Origin: Vulcanimicrobiota bacterium
GTDB taxonomy: Bacteria > Vulcanimicrobiota > Vulcanimicrobiia > Vulcanimicrobiales > Vulcanimicrobiaceae
Length of the DNA: 64,000 nucleotides
Reading direction: 5' to 3'
Assembly: GCA_963695225.1 (NCBI GenBank)
Contig: OY968762.1
Location: forward strand, 2,624,001 to 2,688,000
This document shows, in pieces, positions 9,224-20,624 of this stretch (position 1 is its first letter; the number at the start of each line of letters is the position of its first letter). The notes beneath the pieces were generated by a model. The model saw only the letters and a list, made by a program, of their open reading frames with translations. It had not been told where the DNA came from and ran no database searches. Made by a program: the position numbers and the translations under genes.

Positions 9224-10099
9224 TTATGAGCCCAGCGCGCCGTAGATCATGCGCGAGACGCGGCGGATAGCCGCGTCTCCGTTTTCAGGCTCGTTCAGAT
9301 TCTTTGCTAGCGCCGCGACGACGTACGGCGCGCGGCCGAACGGATCGACCGCGCCGATGTCGTTGCGGACGCGCTCGAGTTCGCCCGTCTTGTTGGCGAT
9401 CGGAATCCCGGCCGGGATACCGCGCGGCAGCCCCGTGCGGTCCTCTTGCGCGAGCATGATGCGCAGGATCCGGCGGCAGCCCGCGGCCGAGGCGAGCGGC
9501 GTTTCTTCGCCGCGCGCGCCGCGCGTGAGGTGTATCAGGAACGTCCCCATGTCACGCGGGGAGGTCACGTTCTCGCTCACCCGCCAAACGGGCGGATCGT
9601 CGGCGAAGTGCCGGGCGAGACGCGTCCGGTCGAGCGCGAGATCGGTCGCGACCGCGTTGATCGGCCCGAAGCCGAGCATCGTGATCAGAGCGTTCGAAGC
9701 GGTGTTGTCGCTCTGCGCGATCATCGCGCGCAACAGCGCGGCGACGGCATAGGAATGCCCCGGGCGCGCCGTGCCGAACGTGGGCGAACCGCCGACGATG
9801 TCGCTCGCGCGAATGCCGGCCGTCGCGCCGAGCACGGCCGGGTTCGCGTCGGCTGCGCGCATCAAGGCCGCGGCGATCAAGACTTTGATCGTGCTGGCGG
9901 CCGGGAAGACTTCGTCCGGGTGCAGGACGATCGGCTCGGCCGAGATGTCGAGCGGGCTTGCGAATACGCCGAGCCGGCCTTCGTGCAGCCGCGCCGCGGC
10001 GGCCACCGCCTCGCTCGAAAGATGCGCGCCTGCAGCCTGCGCCGGCCCCGGGACCAAGAGCCCCGCGGCGCCGGCGGCGAGAAACTCGCCACGTTTCAT
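9224..10099 (-). CDS. Class A beta-lactamase-like serine hydrolase, exported
   Basis: SxxK (STIK), SDN, KTG motifs; Tat-like signal MKRGEFLAAGAAG. Confidence 0.85.
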   Translation of the reverse strand: MKRGEFLAAGAAGLLVPGPAQAAGAHLSSEAVAAAARLHEGRLGVFASPLDISAEPIVLHPDEVFPAASTIKVLIAAALMRAADANPAVLGATAGIRASDIVGGSPTFGTARPGHSYAVAALLRAMIAQSDNTASNALITMLGFGPINAVATDLALDRTRLARHFADDPPVWRVSENVTSPRDMGTFLIHLTRGARGEETPLASAAGCRRILRIMLAQEDRTGLPRGIPAGIPIANKTGELERVRNDIGAVDPFGRAPYVVAALAKNLNEPENGDAAIRRVSRMIYGALGS

Positions 10100-10155
10100 G
10101 CGCGTCCGACTACGGGCGAGGGGGCCCGGACCCCTCGCGCGGAAACGCCGGTGTG

Positions 10156-10824
10156 ATGGTCTCCCGCAGACGCATGCTCGGCGGCCTCGTTGCCTCGACA
10201 CTCTTCGCCGCGTCGCTTCCGGCGAATGCGGCGCCCGCGCTCCAGGGCCGCATCTTCGTGATCGATCCGGGGCACGGAACGCGCCTGCCGAACGGCGATT
10301 GGCTCAATACGGGCGCCGCCGGTCCGCACGGCATCGCCGAACGGGACATCGTGCTCGCCGTCGGAGAGAAGCTCGCCGCCCGGTTGCGCGCGCTCGGGGC
10401 GCGCGTCGTGCTGACGCGCAGTTACGCGCGCCCGATCCGCGTCGCGACGAACAAGTCGCGCGACAACCGCGCGCGGGCGAAGCTCGCGAACGACCTCGGC
10501 GCGAACGCGTTCCTCGCATTGCATTGCGATTCGTCGCTCGATCCGGCGGCGCGCGGGACGAGCGTGTTCTGGTTGCACGGCGATTCGACGGCGCTGGCAT
10601 ACGCCGTGCGCGCGCGCCTCGCGCCGCTCGGCCTCGGCGAAGCGCAATTTCGGCGCCGCGATCTCGCCGTGACGGACGAAGCGCGCGTCCCGGCGGTCCT
10701 CGTCGAGCTCGGCTTTCTTTCGAACCCGGCGCAGGAACGGCTCCTGTCGTCGGACGCTTTTCAAGACCGGATCGCGCAGGCGCTCGCCGGCGCGCTCTTC
10801 GACCTCTACGGGAGCACCACATGA
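10156..10824 (+). CDS. N-acetylmuramoyl-L-alanine amidase (Amidase_3)
   Basis: Tat signal SRRRML; IDPGHG, E, LHCD, PAVLVELGFLSN motifs. Confidence 0.92.
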   Translation: MVSRRRMLGGLVASTLFAASLPANAAPALQGRIFVIDPGHGTRLPNGDWLNTGAAGPHGIAERDIVLAVGEKLAARLRALGARVVLTRSYARPIRVATNKSRDNRARAKLANDLGANAFLALHCDSSLDPAARGTSVFWLHGDSTALAYAVRARLAPLGLGEAQFRRRDLAVTDEARVPAVLVELGFLSNPAQERLLSSDAFQDRIAQALAGALFDLYGSTT

Positions 10825-12884
10825 AACGACCGCTCGTGCCGAGCGACCTCTACCGCATCGCGTTCGCCGGCGATCCGCGCCTGCTGCCCCAAGGGCGCGT
10901 GGTCTACGTGCGCGGCGCGCTGGATGAAGAGCGCGACGAAGCGCAAACGAGCGTGTGGATCGCGCGAGCCGGCGAAGCAGCGCGGGCGCTGACGCACGGA
11001 ACGAAGGATCGAATGCCGCGCCCGTCTCCCGCGGGGAAGGACGTCGCGTTCGTCGCGGACCGGGGCGAGGGAACGCGCATTTACCTGCTCCCGCTCGAAG
11101 GCGGAGAAGCGCGCCCCGTCTCCCCCGTGCACAAGGAGATCGGCGGACTCGTTTGGTCGCCGGACGGTTCGCTGCTCGCCTACACCGCGCGAACGGAGCG
11201 CGAACGCGAGACGGCGCGGATCTTCCACGACGAGAAGAGCGGGGCGCGGCACATCCGCGCGCTGCCGTTCAAGAGCGACGACGACGGCCTGTTCGACGGC
11301 ACGCGCAGGCACCTCTTCGTTCTCGATCCGTTCGCCGCGGGCGAACCCGTGCGCCTGACGCACGGCGATTTCGACGTGCAGACTCCGTGCTGGTCGGCCG
11401 ACGGGCGCAAGCTCGCGTTCGCCGCGCAAATCGACGCGCCCGAGTGGTCGTTCTTCTCCGACATCTACGTCCTCGACCGCGGCGACGGAACGATGCGCAA
11501 CGTCACGGGCGGCCTCGGCCCCATGATCTTTCCCGCGTTTTCGCACGACGGGCGCGAGATCGCGTTTCTCGGGCACCTGCGCGGCGACGATACGGGCGGA
11601 CGCTTCAACCCCGAATTGCTCGTCGTCGATCTCGCGAGCGGAGCGATCCGCTCGCTCTCGAGCGCGCTCGACCGCCCCGTCGGCGACTTCGTCATCTGCG
11701 ACATGCGCGGTGCGGGGGGAATGCAGCCCCCGGCTTGGTCCGAGGACGACGCGGAGGTGTTCGTCCTTGTCAGCAGCGAGGGGACGAGCGGCGTGCGCGC
11801 GTTCCGCCGCGACGGTTCCGGCGTGCGGACGGTCCTCGGCGGAGAGCGCGACGTGTTCGCGTTTTCGCGCGACTCAAGCGGTGCGATCGCGTTCGCGTAT
11901 TCCGATCCGCTCACCCCGTGCGACGTCGCGCTGCTCGACGAGCGGGGCGTCGAAACGCGCCTGACGCGAGGGAACGCCTGGCTCGACGAGCGCACGATTC
12001 GCGCGCCGCGGCGGTTCCGTCCGCGGACGGACGACGGCGCGACGCTCGACCTCTTCGTGCTGGAGCCCGATGAGCCGCGCGGCGCCCCGCTCGTGCTGCA
12101 AGTTCACGGGGGTCCGCACACGGCCTACGGCTTCGCGTTCTTCTTCGAATTCCAGATGCTCGCGGCGCACGGCATCGGCGTCGCATACGGGAATCCGCGC
12201 GGGAGCCAGACGTACGGCGGAGCCTACGCTGACGCGATCACCGGGGATTGGGGTGGGCGCGACGCGGCCGACGTGCTGGCGCTGCTCGACGCCGCGGAGG
12301 AACACGGCGAGTGGGATCGCGCGCGGATCGGCCTCGCGGGCGGATCGTACGGCGGCTTCATGACGACGTGGCTGCTCGGCCACTCCTCGCGGTTCGCCGC
12401 CGGCATCTCGATGCGAGCGGTCAACGATTTCGTCAGCGAAGTCGGCGCCGCCGACATCGGTTGGTTCCTCGAGCGCGAATTGAACGCGTCCTGGGAAGAC
12501 GACGGCCGCCAATTGTTCGAGGGCTCGCCGATGCGCGCCGCGCGGCGCATCGACGTCCCGCTCTTGATCGAACATTCGGAACGGGATTACCGTTGCCCGA
12601 TCGATCAGGCGGAACAAATCTTCGCGTTGTTGCGGCGCCTGGGGCGAACGGCGGAGTTCGTGCGCTTCACGGGTGACGGGCACAACCTCTCGCGCAGCGG
12701 CAAGCCGCGCAACCGCGTCTTGCGCCTGCGCGCGATCGCGCACTGGTTAATCCGATATTTACATCCGCGTGGTATCGTTCCGGTGGGCGATCACGCGGGT
12801 TCGCTCTTCGAACCGCTCGCGACCGAGGCCGATCCGTCCTCGGCTCCCGCTGCCCGCTTGGAGCCCGCGTCGATCGGGAAATAG
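10821..12884 (+). CDS. S9 family peptidase (acylaminoacyl/dipeptidyl peptidase) with beta-propeller
   Basis: WSPDG repeats, VHGGP, GGSYGG nucleophile, D..CP, GH triad. Confidence 0.93.
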   Translation: MKRPLVPSDLYRIAFAGDPRLLPQGRVVYVRGALDEERDEAQTSVWIARAGEAARALTHGTKDRMPRPSPAGKDVAFVADRGEGTRIYLLPLEGGEARPVSPVHKEIGGLVWSPDGSLLAYTARTERERETARIFHDEKSGARHIRALPFKSDDDGLFDGTRRHLFVLDPFAAGEPVRLTHGDFDVQTPCWSADGRKLAFAAQIDAPEWSFFSDIYVLDRGDGTMRNVTGGLGPMIFPAFSHDGREIAFLGHLRGDDTGGRFNPELLVVDLASGAIRSLSSALDRPVGDFVICDMRGAGGMQPPAWSEDDAEVFVLVSSEGTSGVRAFRRDGSGVRTVLGGERDVFAFSRDSSGAIAFAYSDPLTPCDVALLDERGVETRLTRGNAWLDERTIRAPRRFRPRTDDGATLDLFVLEPDEPRGAPLVLQVHGGPHTAYGFAFFFEFQMLAAHGIGVAYGNPRGSQTYGGAYADAITGDWGGRDAADVLALLDAAEEHGEWDRARIGLAGGSYGGFMTTWLLGHSSRFAAGISMRAVNDFVSEVGAADIGWFLERELNASWEDDGRQLFEGSPMRAARRIDVPLLIEHSERDYRCPIDQAEQIFALLRRLGRTAEFVRFTGDGHNLSRSGKPRNRVLRLRAIAHWLIRYLHPRGIVPVGDHAGSLFEPLATEADPSSAPAARLEPASIGK

Positions 12885-12909
12885 ATCGGAGACGAGCCGC
12901 AGCCGCAAC

Positions 12910-12935
12910 GTCATCCCGAGCTTGCCGAAGGATGC
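12910..12935 (+). repeat. Short REP-like unit
   Basis: GTCATCCCGAGCTTGCCGAAGGATGC resembles minus-strand 44263-44288 GTCATCCTGAACTCGTCGAAAGATGC. Confidence 0.55.
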
Positions 12936-12958
12936 GCCGTCAGCACAGGAGCTTCCGG

Positions 12959-15337
12959 ATGAGCGACGTAGCGACCGACCCGCGCGAGTTGACTCCCGAA
13001 GAACTGCACGGGATCGACGCCTACTGGAGGGCGGCGAATTATCTCTCCGCCGGGCAGATCTATCTGCTCGACAATCCGCTGTTGCGCGAGCCGTTGCGGC
13101 TCGAGCACGTCAAACCGCGTTTGCTCGGCCACTGGGGAACGACGCCGGGCCTCAATTTCGTGTACGTGCACCTCAACCGGCTGATCCGCCGGCACGATGT
13201 CGACGTGCTCTACGTTGCGGGGCCGGGGCACGGCGGGCCGGGGCTCGTTGCGAACGCGTATCTCGAGGGGACGTACAGCGAGCTCTATCCGCAGATCGCC
13301 CCGAACGAAGCGGGGATCGGGAAGATGATGAAGCGCTTCTCGTTCCCCGGCGGCGTCGGCAGCCACGCGACGCCGGAGACCCCCGGTTCGATCAACGAAG
13401 GCGGTGAGCTAGGCTATTCCCTCGCGCACGCGTACGGCGCCGCGTTCGACAATCCGAACTTGCTCGTCGCGTGCGTCATCGGCGACGGCGAGGCGGAGAC
13501 CGGCCCGCTCGCCGCGAGTTGGCATGCGAACAAGTTCCTCGATCCGCAGCGCGACGGCGCGGTGCTGCCGATCCTGCATCTCAACGGGTACAAGATCGCG
13601 AACCCGACGATCCTCGCGCGAATCCCGCGCGACGAACTGACGGCTCTGTTGACGGGGTACGGATACGAGCCGCATTACGTCGAGGGGCACGAGCCGGAGG
13701 CGATGCATCGCCTGATGGCGGCGACGCTCGAGACGGTCTACGCGCGCATCCTCGCGATCCAAGCGGAGGCTCGCGAACGCGGCACGGTGACGCGCCCGCG
13801 TTGGCCGATGATCGTGCTGGTCTCGCCGAAAGGCTGGACGGGGCCGAAGTTCGTCGACGGTAAGCAGATCGAGGGGACGTTCCGCGCGCATCAGGTCCCG
13901 GTGACGGGCTTCGCGGAGCATCCCGAGCATCTCACGATCCTCGAGGATTGGATGCGCTCCTACCGGCCGGAAGAGTTGTTCGATGCGAACGGCGCATTCG
14001 TCCCCGAGCTCGCCAAACTCGCTCCCGCCGGAGTAAAACGTATGGGCGCGAACCCGGTCGCGAACGGCGGCTTGCTGTTGCGCGATCTCGCGATGCCGGA
14101 TTTTATCGCGCATGCGGTGCCCGTGACGGAGCCCGGTGCCTCGACCGGCGAATCGACGCGCGCGCTCGGAGCGTTCCTGCGCGACGTGATGCGCGCCAAC
14201 TCCGCGACGTTTCGCGTGTTCGGGCCGGACGAGACCGCCTCCAACCGTCTCGGCGCGCTCTTCGAAGTGACGAACCGCGAATGGACGGAGACGATTCTGC
14301 CGACGGACGATCATCTCGCGCACGACGGGCGCGTCCTCGAAGTGCTCAGCGAACATCTCTGCGAGGGCTGGCTCGAGGGCTACCTGCTAACCGGAAGGCA
14401 CGGGTTCTTCTCGTGTTACGAGGCGTTCATCCACATCGTCGATTCGATGGTGAATCAGCACGCGAAGTGGCTGAAGATCTGCCGGGAAGTGCCGTGGCGC
14501 CGTCCGATCGCCTCGTTGAACATCCTCTTGACCTCGCACGTCTGGCGGCAGGATCACAACGGCTTCAGCCATCAGGATCCCGGCTTTCTCGATCACGTGA
14601 TCAACAAGAAGGGGAACGTCGTCCGCGTCTACTTGCCGCCGGACGCGAACACGCTGCTCTCGGTCGCCGATCATTGCTTGCGCAGCCGCAATTACATCAA
14701 CGTGATCGTCGCAGGAAAGCAGCCCGCGCCGCAGTGGCTCGATATCGACGCCGCGATCCGGCACTGCACGGTCGGTCTCGGGATCTGGGAGTGGGCGAGC
14801 AGCGACGACGGGATCGAGCCGGACGTCGTGATGGCGTGCGCGGGCGACGTCCCGACGCTCGAAACGCTCGCGGCCGTCAGCTTCCTCAGGGAGCATCTTC
14901 CCGAACTGCGCATCCGCGTCGTCAACGTCGTCGATTTGATGACGCTCCAGCCTCCCGGCGAACACCCGCACGGGCTCGCCGATGCGGAATTCGATGCGAT
15001 CTTCACCGCCGACAAGCCGATCGTGTTTGCGTTCCACGGCTATCCATGGTTGATCCACCGCTTGACGTACCGGCGCAACGGACACGATAACTTGCACGTG
15101 CGCGGGTACATCGAAGAGGGGACGACCACGACGCCGTTCGACATGGCCGTTCGCAACCGGCTCGACCGTTACCACCTCGCCTCGGACGCGATCGATCGCG
15201 TCCCGCGCCTGCGCGAGCGCGCGGCGCACGCGCAGCAGCTCATCCGCGACACGCTCGTCGACCATCGCCGCTATATCGAGCGCTTCGGAGACGACCCGCC
15301 CGCAATCCGCGACTGGACCTGGAAAGGCGCGCGCTAG
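12959..15337 (+). CDS. xfp: Xylulose-5-phosphate/fructose-6-phosphate phosphoketolase
   Basis: [36 protein letters not shown] motifs. Confidence 0.97.
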   Translation: MSDVATDPRELTPEELHGIDAYWRAANYLSAGQIYLLDNPLLREPLRLEHVKPRLLGHWGTTPGLNFVYVHLNRLIRRHDVDVLYVAGPGHGGPGLVANAYLEGTYSELYPQIAPNEAGIGKMMKRFSFPGGVGSHATPETPGSINEGGELGYSLAHAYGAAFDNPNLLVACVIGDGEAETGPLAASWHANKFLDPQRDGAVLPILHLNGYKIANPTILARIPRDELTALLTGYGYEPHYVEGHEPEAMHRLMAATLETVYARILAIQAEARERGTVTRPRWPMIVLVSPKGWTGPKFVDGKQIEGTFRAHQVPVTGFAEHPEHLTILEDWMRSYRPEELFDANGAFVPELAKLAPAGVKRMGANPVANGGLLLRDLAMPDFIAHAVPVTEPGASTGESTRALGAFLRDVMRANSATFRVFGPDETASNRLGALFEVTNREWTETILPTDDHLAHDGRVLEVLSEHLCEGWLEGYLLTGRHGFFSCYEAFIHIVDSMVNQHAKWLKICREVPWRRPIASLNILLTSHVWRQDHNGFSHQDPGFLDHVINKKGNVVRVYLPPDANTLLSVADHCLRSRNYINVIVAGKQPAPQWLDIDAAIRHCTVGLGIWEWASSDDGIEPDVVMACAGDVPTLETLAAVSFLREHLPELRIRVVNVVDLMTLQPPGEHPHGLADAEFDAIFTADKPIVFAFHGYPWLIHRLTYRRNGHDNLHVRGYIEEGTTTTPFDMAVRNRLDRYHLASDAIDRVPRLRERAAHAQQLIRDTLVDHRRYIERFGDDPPAIRDWTWKGAR

Positions 15338-16428
15338 CGCGCAGCGGCGGCGACGCTGCGCGCTAGCTGCCAGTTCTCGCGCGCGGCCACCACGTAGGCG
15401 CCGGCGCGCGAATCAGCCGACGAAATGCGGCCTTCGCCGGCGAGCGCCTCGTTCGCGGCTGCGTCGAGCACCGTCCCCCAGGCGGCGGCGCCTTCCAAGG
15501 CCGCGGCGCGGATCGAGGGGACGTGCTCGCCGATCCCCCCGGTGAACGCGATCGCGTCGACGCCGCCGAGCGTCGCGATCATCGCGCCGAGCGCCGAACG
15601 CACGCGCCAGGCCAGCACGTCGAGCGCGAGCCGCGCCGCGCGATCGCCGGGCGCGGCGAGCAGGTCGCGAACGTCCCCGCTCCTCCCGGAGATGCCGAAC
15701 AGGCCGGAACGGCGTTCGAGCATTTCCTCGAGTTCCTCGGGTGTCATCCCCATCCGGAGCAGGCGCAGGATGAGCCCGGGATCGACGGAGCCGGAACGCG
15801 TCGCCATCGGGATGCCCTCGAGCGGCGTGTAGCCCATCGTCGTATCGATGCTCTCGCCGTTGCGCACGGCGCAGAGCGACGAGCCGCCGCCGAGGTGCAG
15901 CGTGACGATGCGCGCGGCGCGAACGTCGATCCCCGCGAGCGCGGCGGCGCGGTGCGCGGCGTATTCGTGGCTGAGGCCGTGATAGCCGATCCGGCGCAAG
16001 CCGCGCTGCGTCAGTTCGCGCGGGATCGCGTACGTCGTCGCAGCGGGCGGGAGCGTGCGGTGGAACGCGCTGTCGGAGACGGCGAATTGCGGAAGCTCAG
16101 GGCGCCGGCGCCGCACCTCCGCCGCGGCGCGCAGCGCGGGCCCAGCATGCAGCGGCGCGTCGCTCGCGACTTGGGCGATCGAAGCGAGCGCCTTCTCATC
16201 GAGCGGGATCACCGGCGGCAAGCCGAGCGGAACGCGCACGAAGCGATGCGCGACGAGGGCGATCTCGCCCGCGAGCGCCGGGCCGAGGATCGCGTTCCAG
16301 CCGTCACTCCCGGCAGCCGCGGAGGCGAGCGGCGCCGGGGGCGAATCGATCGGCGGGAGCGGATCGGCGAGGGCGTACGTCTCGAGCTTGAGGGAAGTCG
16401 AACCCGCGTTGACCGTCAGGACGTGCAC
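15334..16428 (-). CDS. ackA: Acetate/propionate kinase
   Basis: [39 protein letters not shown] motifs; convergent with xfp. Confidence 0.93.
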   Translation of the reverse strand: MHVLTVNAGSTSLKLETYALADPLPPIDSPPAPLASAAAGSDGWNAILGPALAGEIALVAHRFVRVPLGLPPVIPLDEKALASIAQVASDAPLHAGPALRAAAEVRRRRPELPQFAVSDSAFHRTLPPAATTYAIPRELTQRGLRRIGYHGLSHEYAAHRAAALAGIDVRAARIVTLHLGGGSSLCAVRNGESIDTTMGYTPLEGIPMATRSGSVDPGLILRLLRMGMTPEELEEMLERRSGLFGISGRSGDVRDLLAAPGDRAARLALDVLAWRVRSALGAMIATLGGVDAIAFTGGIGEHVPSIRAAALEGAAAWGTVLDAAANEALAGEGRISSADSRAGAYVVAARENWQLARSVAAAAR

Positions 16429-16465
16429 GCTGACCTCCGATGCGCCGCGGGTTCTTGGTGCCTCG

Positions 16466-19400
16466 CTAGTTCGTTCCCGAACGCCGGACCGAGGGATTGG
16501 TGATGCGCGACGACGTGACGGTGACCGGGATCGTCAGATGGTTGTTGTTCGCATCGGCGATCGTGACGAGGGTGGTGCCGGAGGTCAGCGCCGTGAGCGT
16601 CAGCTGCGCGCGGCCCGCTCCGGCTGCGGAGAGCGCTGCCGTTGCGATTTCGGGATGGGAGTTCACGACGGAGAACGCGCCCGCATACCCGGCTTCGGCG
16701 ATCGAGACGGTGTGCACCCCATTCGCGCCCTGCGCGATGCGCAGCACCACGCTCGAATCGCTCGCCGTAAGCCCGCCCGCCGAAACCGGCTGCGCCACCC
16801 CAGCCCGAGAACCGATCGGCGCGTAGCGCTCGCTGCGGCGCCGATTTGAAGCCGGGACGCCCGTTCCGACCGTGATCGTTGTGGTTACCGCCGGCGAGCC
16901 GTGGTCATCGGTGATCGTCGCGATGCACGTGCCGTCACCCAACGTGTTGAACGTGAAAGCCGCGCCGGAGTTCTGGCCCCCGCTACCAGCCAAAGACGCA
17001 GCCGACGTCAGGTTCAAGAACGCGGTGCAGGGCCCGGCCGGCGCGGGTGTCGCTAGGGCGATCGTGAACTGGCCCGTGAAATATGGTTCGGCCGCAATGA
17101 TGGAACCGGAAGCCGGCCAAGCGTAGGTTTGGCTCGCGGGCGCGCTCAGCGTGCCGGTGACGGTGAACGGTATCGTTTTCGCGGGGCTGCCGAGTGCGTC
17201 GAATACGGAAATGGTCGGCGTGCCTCCACTCTTACCCGTGACGGTGAAGGTTGCCGGCGAGCCGGACCCGCTCGGCCCGGAGACGGTCGCCGTGCCGTCG
17301 CTGCTCGTGGCGTGGAACGGGGCGCCGCGGAACTCGGTGGCCGTGATCGTCGCCGTCGTACCCGTGCCGGCAGAGTTGATCGTCGTAGTATCGGCGCTCG
17401 CCGTGAACGCCCCGGGTTGAACGGTGATCGTCGTCGCCGGCGTGGTCGTCTGGCCGTGGAGGTCCGAGAAGGTGACCGTGCACGAACCCGCCGTCGTGCC
17501 CGCGGTGAACGTGAACGTTGCGGAAGGCCCATTTTGCGGCGATGCGGTTGAAACGATGTTCGTGCAGCCGGTGAGGTTGGCGCTGATGCTGCTGCCGTAG
17601 TTCACCTCGGTTGCCGTCAGCGTACCGGTTGTTTCAGCCGATGTAATGGTGAGGGGTCCGGCCGGAGGGCTCAACATGCCGGTAACGGTCACCGTCAGCT
17701 TTACGGTGTGTCCGACGGTCGCGTCGTCGATCGAGATGATCGCAGTACCACCGCTCTTCCCGGTGATGGTGAAGTTTGCGCTCGGACCGGCTGCTAATGC
17801 CGGCGTGACGGTCGCTACGCCGGGGGTGTCGCTGACCGCCGTGAAATTACCGGTGAAGCCCGCCTCGCTTGCATTCACGGTGAACGGATTCGAGGTCGTG
17901 GCGCCGGCCGCGGTGCCGAACGCGTTGATCGTCTGGGCTGCGCTTGGGTTAAGCGTGACCGCGCCGGCGGCACTAACGTTGATCGTCGCCGGGTCCGAAG
18001 CCCCGTGGAGATCGCTCACTGTGGCCGAGCACGACCCCTGGCTGACACCCGTGAAGGTGTAGCTCGTACCGGCGCTCGCGGTTCCTGGGTTGCTTGCCGT
18101 CACGGTGGCGGGTCCCGAAAGGGTGACGACGCCGTTACAAGATGGGGCGTTAAGCGCGATCGTGAAAGTGCCGCTATAATATGGCTCGGTGACCGCGACC
18201 GTGCCCGTCCCCGGGACCGTGATCGAGGCGTTCGCCGCGGTTAATGGACCCGTGATCGTGAAGGCTACGGGCGTCGAGTGCCCGATCGTGTCCGAGATCG
18301 TGACGCTTCCCGTTCCTGCCGTTCCGGCCGTAACGGTGAACGTGATCGGACCCGGGCCGTTCCCGGACGCAGGGCTGACCGAGACGCCGCCGCTCGCTGC
18401 GGCGGAGATCGTTCCGGTGTAGTTCGTATCCGTGACGGTGATCGTTGCGGTGTTCCCGTTGCCGGCCGTGTTCACGGTTTGCGTGCTGGGCGTAACGGTA
18501 AACGTCCCCGCGCTGACGGTGATCGACGCGACGGCGTTCTGGCCAGGGTCGTCCGTCACCGTCGCCGAGCACGTGCCCGGAGCTTTCACGGCGAGCGAGA
18601 ACGACGCGCTCGAACCGGCTCCGCCCGTCGCGGTCTGCGGGGATGCCGTGGCGAGCGAAACAACGTTCGCGCAGGACGATGCGAGCGCGACGCCGATCGC
18701 GCCGCTGTAGTAGGGTTCCGTAGCCGTGAGCGTCCCCGAGATCCCGGAAATCGTCACTGGGTTCGCCGCGAGCGGACCGGTGACGGTCACGTTGAGGAAG
18801 CTGTTATGGGCGGGGTTCGTGTCGGCGATTGCTATGAGCGCCGGTCCGGGTGCCGTTGCCGTCACCGTGAAGGTCACGGGGCCCGGCCCGTTTCCGGAAG
18901 CGGGTGTGACCGTCGCGCTTCCGCTCGCTACTTGAGCGGTGATCGGGCCCGTGTAGTTCGTTTCGGTCGCCGTGAACGTCGCATGGTTGGGCGTGGTTCC
19001 GTTACCCGTCGAGAGCGACAGCTGACCCGGGGCGAGTGCGATCGTGCCGGAGGAGACCGTGACGCTGATCGTCGCCGTCTTCGCCGGAGTGTTGGCGTCC
19101 GAGACGGTGAGGGTCGTCTGACCGCCGTTCAGCGGCGTCACCGTGAACGTAGCGGGTCCGGGTCCGTTCGCGCTTGCGGGCGCGACGCTCACGATGTTGG
19201 GCGTCGAAGCGGTCACCGTGATTGCCCCGGTGTAGTTTGCCTCGGTCGCCGTAAACGTCTGGGGAGCCGTCGTCGTCGCGCTGAACGACAACGTCGCAGG
19301 GCTCAGGCTGATCGTGAGCGGGCCGTAGACCGTGACGGCGACGGTCTGGCTTTGCGCGTGGTTGTCGGTGAATTTCAGTGTGGCCGTTCCCGGGCCGACG

Positions 19401-20599
19401 GCGGTTACCGTGAACGTCGCGCTCGGGCCGGTCCCTGATGCGGTAACGGTTGCAACTCCGGCCGCCGATGACGTCGCCGTGATTGCGCCCGTGTAATTCG
19501 GTTCGGCGGCCGTCACCGTCGCGGTCGCGCCGGCGCTCGCCAGCGAGAGCGTCGCGGGGGTTGCCGTCAACGTCCCCGGCGTGGGGACGGTCACGGCAAC
19601 GGTTTGGCTTTGGCCGTGATTATCCGCGAAGGTCAACGTGGCGCTGCCGGGGGCAATGCCGGTCACCGTGAACGTCGCGCTCGGGCCTGACCCGGAGGCG
19701 GTGACGGTAGCGATCGTGGACGCCGACGAAGTTGCGGTGATCGGGCCAAGGTAGTCCGCTTCCGTCGCCGTTACCGTCGCGGTGCTCCCGGCTGCCACCG
19801 AAACCGTTCCCGGTGCAACCGCGAGCGCACCGGGCGCCGGCCCGGACGACCCGCCCTTGCCGCCGCCGCCGCCGGCGGCTGCGGCGATCAGGCCGAGGCC
19901 CCCGAGGATGCCCAGAACGGCTCCGCCGCCGCCTCCTCCGGGCCCGGCCGTGGGCTTCGGGAGCGGCGCGTCTTTCGTGGCGGCGATGACGTCGGGGTCG
20001 GGGCATTCGAGCGCAGCGAGGCCCGTCGCCAGCGAGGAGAGCAGCACCGCCGTCTCGGCGCCCGTCGGGCTGAACGTGTACGCTTGCCCGGCTTCCGCGG
20101 TGACCCCGCCGCCGGTACGGACTTCGCCCTGATAGACGGCGAGGACCGTTGCGCCCGCGTCGCCGGTTGCGACGCTGTAGATCGCGGGCGCCGTTGCCGT
20201 CGTCAGCGTCACTCCGGAGCTAACGCCGACCTGCCCGGAGGTCGCGACGATGCAGACGCCGCCTTGCGTCAGGTCGAGCGTGAGGCCGCCGTCGGTGCGC
20301 AGCACGCGCGCGGTCGTCGACGGGCCGAGGCGCACGCGCGCGGTATCCGCGAGCGCGATGTCCGCGAGCGAAGCGGCGGACGTCTTGAGCGTATCGCCTT
20401 CGCGCGTCCGCTGCGCGGTCGTTACGTCGTGCTCTTGGCCGGTCGTCGGTTTGACCGAGAGCGTCCCTTTCGTCTTCGTGACCACCGGAACGATCGGCGC
20501 GCTGCTCGCTTGACCGAGAGAGGACAGAACGAACGCGAGCGTTGCGGCGGCACTGAACGTCCGCCGGAAGAGAATGCGGTCGAAAAAACTAGGAGTCAG
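16466..20599 (-). CDS. Large surface protein: signal/TM, FecR-like domain, Gly-rich hydrophobic segment, tandem Thr-rich Ig-like repeats (~1377 aa)
   Basis: Frame is open upstream of 20485 to CTG 20599, which aligns with the TTG start of the paralog at 24106; GDTLKTSAASLADIALADTARVRLGPST is FecR-like; repeated TATExxYxGxI...FTVT units. Confidence 0.8.
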   Translation of the reverse strand: MTPSFFDRILFRRTFSAAATLAFVLSSLGQASSAPIVPVVTKTKGTLSVKPTTGQEHDVTTAQRTREGDTLKTSAASLADIALADTARVRLGPSTTARVLRTDGGLTLDLTQGGVCIVATSGQVGVSSGVTLTTATAPAIYSVATGDAGATVLAVYQGEVRTGGGVTAEAGQAYTFSPTGAETAVLLSSLATGLAALECPDPDVIAATKDAPLPKPTAGPGGGGGGAVLGILGGLGLIAAAAGGGGGKGGSSGPAPGALAVAPGTVSVAAGSTATVTATEADYLGPITATSSASTIATVTASGSGPSATFTVTGIAPGSATLTFADNHGQSQTVAVTVPTPGTLTATPATLSLASAGATATVTAAEPNYTGAITATSSAAGVATVTASGTGPSATFTVTAVGPGTATLKFTDNHAQSQTVAVTVYGPLTISLSPATLSFSATTTAPQTFTATEANYTGAITVTASTPNIVSVAPASANGPGPATFTVTPLNGGQTTLTVSDANTPAKTATISVTVSSGTIALAPGQLSLSTGNGTTPNHATFTATETNYTGPITAQVASGSATVTPASGNGPGPVTFTVTATAPGPALIAIADTNPAHNSFLNVTVTGPLAANPVTISGISGTLTATEPYYSGAIGVALASSCANVVSLATASPQTATGGAGSSASFSLAVKAPGTCSATVTDDPGQNAVASITVSAGTFTVTPSTQTVNTAGNGNTATITVTDTNYTGTISAAASGGVSVSPASGNGPGPITFTVTAGTAGTGSVTISDTIGHSTPVAFTITGPLTAANASITVPGTGTVAVTEPYYSGTFTIALNAPSCNGVVTLSGPATVTASNPGTASAGTSYTFTGVSQGSCSATVSDLHGASDPATINVSAAGAVTLNPSAAQTINAFGTAAGATTSNPFTVNASEAGFTGNFTAVSDTPGVATVTPALAAGPSANFTITGKSGGTAIISIDDATVGHTVKLTVTVTGMLSPPAGPLTITSAETTGTLTATEVNYGSSISANLTGCTNIVSTASPQNGPSATFTFTAGTTAGSCTVTFSDLHGQTTTPATTITVQPGAFTASADTTTINSAGTGTTATITATEFRGAPFHATSSDGTATVSGPSGSGSPATFTVTGKSGGTPTISVFDALGSPAKTIPFTVTGTLSAPASQTYAWPASGSIIAAEPYFTGQFTIALATPAPAGPCTAFLNLTSAASLAGSGGQNSGAAFTFNTLGDGTCIATITDDHGSPAVTTTITVGTGVPASNRRRSERYAPIGSRAGVAQPVSAGGLTASDSSVVLRIAQGANGVHTVSIAEAGYAGAFSVVNSHPEIATAALSAAGAGRAQLTLTALTSGTTLVTIADANNNHLTIPVTVTSSRITNPSVRRSGTN

Positions 20600-20624
20600 A
20601 ATGGGAAGCTCCTAAGCCTGACCC

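Noticed and set aside
9224..10099. Bona fide antibiotic-resistance beta-lactamase
   Set aside because: Catalytic SxxK/SDN/KTG present, but the omega-loop Glu pattern is not evident and the gene sits beside an amidase, more consistent with a cell-wall serine hydrolase
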